A DNA stretch of 64,000 nt from Selaginella moellendorffii. Taxonomy: Eukaryota > Plantae > Lycopodiophyta. Positions 60,916 through 64,000 of this stretch are shown here, one piece after another (the stretch's first letter is position 1; each line of letters begins with the position of its first letter). Location of the stretch: positions 1-64,000 of the forward strand of contig NW_003314360.1 of assembly GCF_000143415.4 (NCBI RefSeq). Direction: 5' to 3'. A model generated the notes under the pieces. It saw only the letters and a program-made list of their open reading frames with translations. It was not told the origin of the DNA and did not search any database. Position numbers and translations under genes: made by a program.

Positions 60916-62592
60916 TGTGGGGTATAAAATCCCTAGGCCCCAAAGTAGAGCCAGAAGAGTGATATGTAGTAGTGGCTGAAACGAAAACCAAATGAGCGTA
61001 ACACGTTTAGACTAAAAGCTCCAACTTGAAAGGTCGAAAGCGGGAGTGGAACTCCCAACGAAGTGCTCGAGGAACAAGCATGAAGTGAGAGATAAGTGAG
61101 TCTCTAGAAAAGGGACACAAGAGGACCGACACATGACAAGTGGAAGTGTCTGAGATGGACCCGAGATGGAGTCCGAGATGGACCCAAGATGGAGTCTGAG
61201 ATGGACCGAGACAGAGTCTAAGATGGAGTCCGAGATGGAGTCCGAGATGGACCCGAGATGGAGTCCAAGATGGAGTTCGAGATGGAGTCCAAGATGGAGT
61301 TCGAGATGGAGTCCAAGATGGACCCGAGTTGGAGTCCGAGATGGAGTCCGAGATGGACCGAGATAGAGTCCGAGATGGACCCGAGATGGAATCCGAGATG
61401 GAGTCCAAGAAGGACCCGAGATGGAGTCTGAGGTCGAGACCGAGACTAGGACCAAGACCGAGACCGAGACCGAGACCGAGACCAAGACCAAGACCGGGAC
61501 CGAGACCGAGACCGAGACTGAGGCCGAGGCTGAGACCGAGCCCGAGCCGGAGCCAGAGCCCCAGCCGGAGTCCGAGTCCGAGTCTGAGTCCGAGTCTAAG
61601 TCCGAGTCCGAGTCCGAGTCCGAGTTCGAGTCTGAGAGGGTGAAAGCCCAAAGCGTTCGTCTCCCAGACCCTGGGGGTTTGGTGAGCTCCAAAAGTATAA
61701 TGAGGGGGAGGACTGCAGAAAGGCTGTACCCAGCGTTGGGTGATGAGTTGCCCACTGGGAAGTCCAAGACTAGAGTGATCACAAACCGACAAGCGGGGTA
61801 GCTTGGTGAAGTGTTCAAGAGCTGGCTCTAGTTCCCCCGGGAGATCGACTAGCTGATGCTCCCAGTCCAAGTGTGGGTGGCACTACCTACTTGGATACCT
61901 GGTGTGGCTCAACGGAACCTCGCTCTAAGCCCATAGCTAGAGCATCCAAAGGCAGTAGGCGAGGAGAGTACCCACGAGGCCCGCATAGGGCCACGGTGTT
62001 CCGAAATGTTGCCCCAAAGTCCCAGACTGTGGAAAGGAAGAGGAGTAGCCCTCTGGCGTGGTGACAAAGGAGACAGTCACATAGTGAGGAAGTCCCAGAG
62101 GACAGTTGGACTTAGTGGTTGGGCCAATGGGCCTTGATCAAGTGATAGTGTTGGCGAACACGGCCATGGACAGGAAGGGACCTGGTGGGGACCAAAAAGG
62201 AGACATGGGGGAAGGCTATTCCCCATGTCTGCAGGCATCCTGAGGATGCTATGGAGTGGATTTGGGATAGCCACTCATGGATGGATGGCCTAGTCTTTGA
62301 GAGACGGGATTGTAATGCAGATGATGTTCGACCACCGATGTGACCAAGGTGAATGGGCATGGCCTAGCATGACAGGCGGGTATGTCTGTGGTACCTTGGG
62401 GTGTTGGTCTTGGGATCGGACACGTTTTGCACTTGGACCAAGTGCAAAAGCTGAGTGGCGTGGATGCCATTCTCGGGGCTAGCAAGCCCCAAGCTCTGAA
62501 TGGGACTTATGGAGGTTGTGAATGAGGCTCTTCCAAGTGGTCAGAAGTGTGGTTAAGTGACTAAAGTAGAATGGAAAAATTAGTCGCTTACA
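60916..62592 (+). mobile_element. Solo LTR (1677 bp) of the satellite-bearing family, opposite orientation, more diverged
   Basis: TGTGG...CGCTTACA, reverse complement of the other LTRs; perfect TSD ATAGG. Confidence 0.93.
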
Positions 62593-63764
62593 ATAGGCTC
62601 TTGAAATATGCATAGGAGACTTGAACTCGGGATAAATCTACTCTCAAACTCTATCTGAGTAGTTGTCTAAGCTAAAGAACCTTGGATAAAAATCTTGAGA
62701 TAACACAATATTTTAATTGTGGTTCTACCTTTGTCAAAGCCTCATAAGATTTGAGTGAATAATTCTTCAATTTATTTTTCATTAAGGCTGGATCTAGGTC
62801 TCTTTAAGCTAAAGACAAGAGTTACAAGTGCCCAATTTTCTTGCTTGTGTATGCCGAGAAAAATTGTGACACGCTGCTAAAAATGTGTCCTCTAAAAACA
62901 CAAATGAGAACTTGCTTAGAAAGAAAAAATTCTAGAGTAGTTAATTGTGTTTTTCACATCAAACAAACTCCATTCCTTCTTCTTTTGGATTTTTGTCAAA
63001 AAATTGCTGGTGAAATAATTTGAACTTGAGTTTTTTGGCAATGTATGCCAAATTCCAATTTCAAACTTATTCCATGCTCTGTGGCTTAAGTGACGATTGA
63101 AAAACTAATTTTCTTGCATTGTCTGGGCACTAAACCATTGCAATCACAAAAAAAGTTCCTTCGTTTAGTGTTATTTGGGTTCAAAGCCTTTACAATCATT
63201 GAAGAGATATGTTTGTGATTCCTAGTGTTAGACATGTTTGGAATTCACTAGCAATTTTTTCTGAGCTATTTTTCAAACCATAGAGTGACAGCTTATTCCA
63301 CCGTAGTCGCCAAAAGTGAGTAAGGCATTTTTTGCCTGTACTCGTGTTCTTACCCTTACCTAAAAAATAGTGACAAAAAAACAAAAACAAAAATGTAGAG
63401 AAGAGAAGAAGAAAAGAAGAATAGAAAAGAGCTCAACCTCGAACCCCAAAGGTGTGAGTAAGGATAAATATATGTCATTCTCTTAACTCTACTTTGCACA
63501 AATAGTCATAAGTGGGAGAAAAAAGGTTAATTCAATGTAAATGCATACAACAGTGAGTGGGGTTTGTTTTCTAATACGTTTAAGTGTTACTTATATACTA
63601 TATGATTTTATAACCATTCCTAACTGCTTTATGGTTGTCTATAATGAGCATTGTCTAAGTTGGGTTTTTCTTCTTTGAATATCTAAACTTAGGCATAACT
63701 CCATTTTGCTTAAGTTTTTTTGTTTTGTTCTGCTTGGGAAGATACATAAGATAAAACATTTACC

Positions 63765-64000
63765 TCTTCATCAGCAATAGGAATGTTAGTGTCAAGTTCT
63801 GGCTTGTCAAGAAGAAATACCTAGACCAGTCTGCATCGGACAAAGAAGGATTCAACCTCATGAACAGAGTAAGCAGCCCCTGAAAGGTGGTGATATCAAG
63901 GGTGCTGAATTTGTGAGGAGCAAAGATGTCAAAAGCTGGAAATGTCCTGTGTTTTGCCAAGAGCACAACTCCAAATTTTCCTCTGCTGTCACCCTGGAGA
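63765..64000 (-). pseudogene. Degenerate copy of the FAD-linked oxidase (internal fragment, continues beyond the window)
   Basis: FGVVLLAKHRTFPAFDIFAPHKFSTLDITTFQGLLTLFMRLNPSLSDADWSRYFFLTSQNLTLTFLL closely matches the product of 22200-22435; truncated at the 3' side. Confidence 0.9.

Overview
Eukaryotic, non-seed-plant nuclear DNA, most likely the lycophyte Selaginella (inferred from very short 47-90 bp GT-AG introns, a microbial-type terpene synthase, TTTAGGG repeats and a Tcn1-like chromovirus). The left third holds a candidate specialised-metabolism gene cluster built from two head-to-head gene pairs. Pair 1 is an intronless microbial terpene synthase-like gene (MTPSL, 6268-7362, -) and a CYP71-clan P450 (7716-9259, +), 353 bp apart. 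Pair 2 is an 8-exon TIC32-like short-chain dehydrogenase (19499-20894, -) and an intronless, secreted, fungal-type FAD-linked oxidase (21387-23063, +), 492 bp apart. Decayed extra copies of the P450 (~5 kb), SDR (~10 kb) and oxidase (~64 kb) lie in the same window. The pairs are separated by LTR retrotransposon debris and a 100-N scaffold gap. Downstream are an LRR pseudogene and a decayed, intron-containing gene combining a ParB/Srx-like motif with a prokaryote-type beta-class N6/N4 DNA methyltransferase domain. The remainder is a nested transposon stack: a young non-autonomous LTR element and three solo LTRs carrying an expanding 11/12-bp satellite, a full-length but mutated chromovirus with self-priming and -1 frameshift signals, older Ty3/gypsy copies and a Sola-like transposase relic. 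Mutator-like and Merlin transposase relics sit at the left end. All calls come from reading the sequence by eye; no searches were run.
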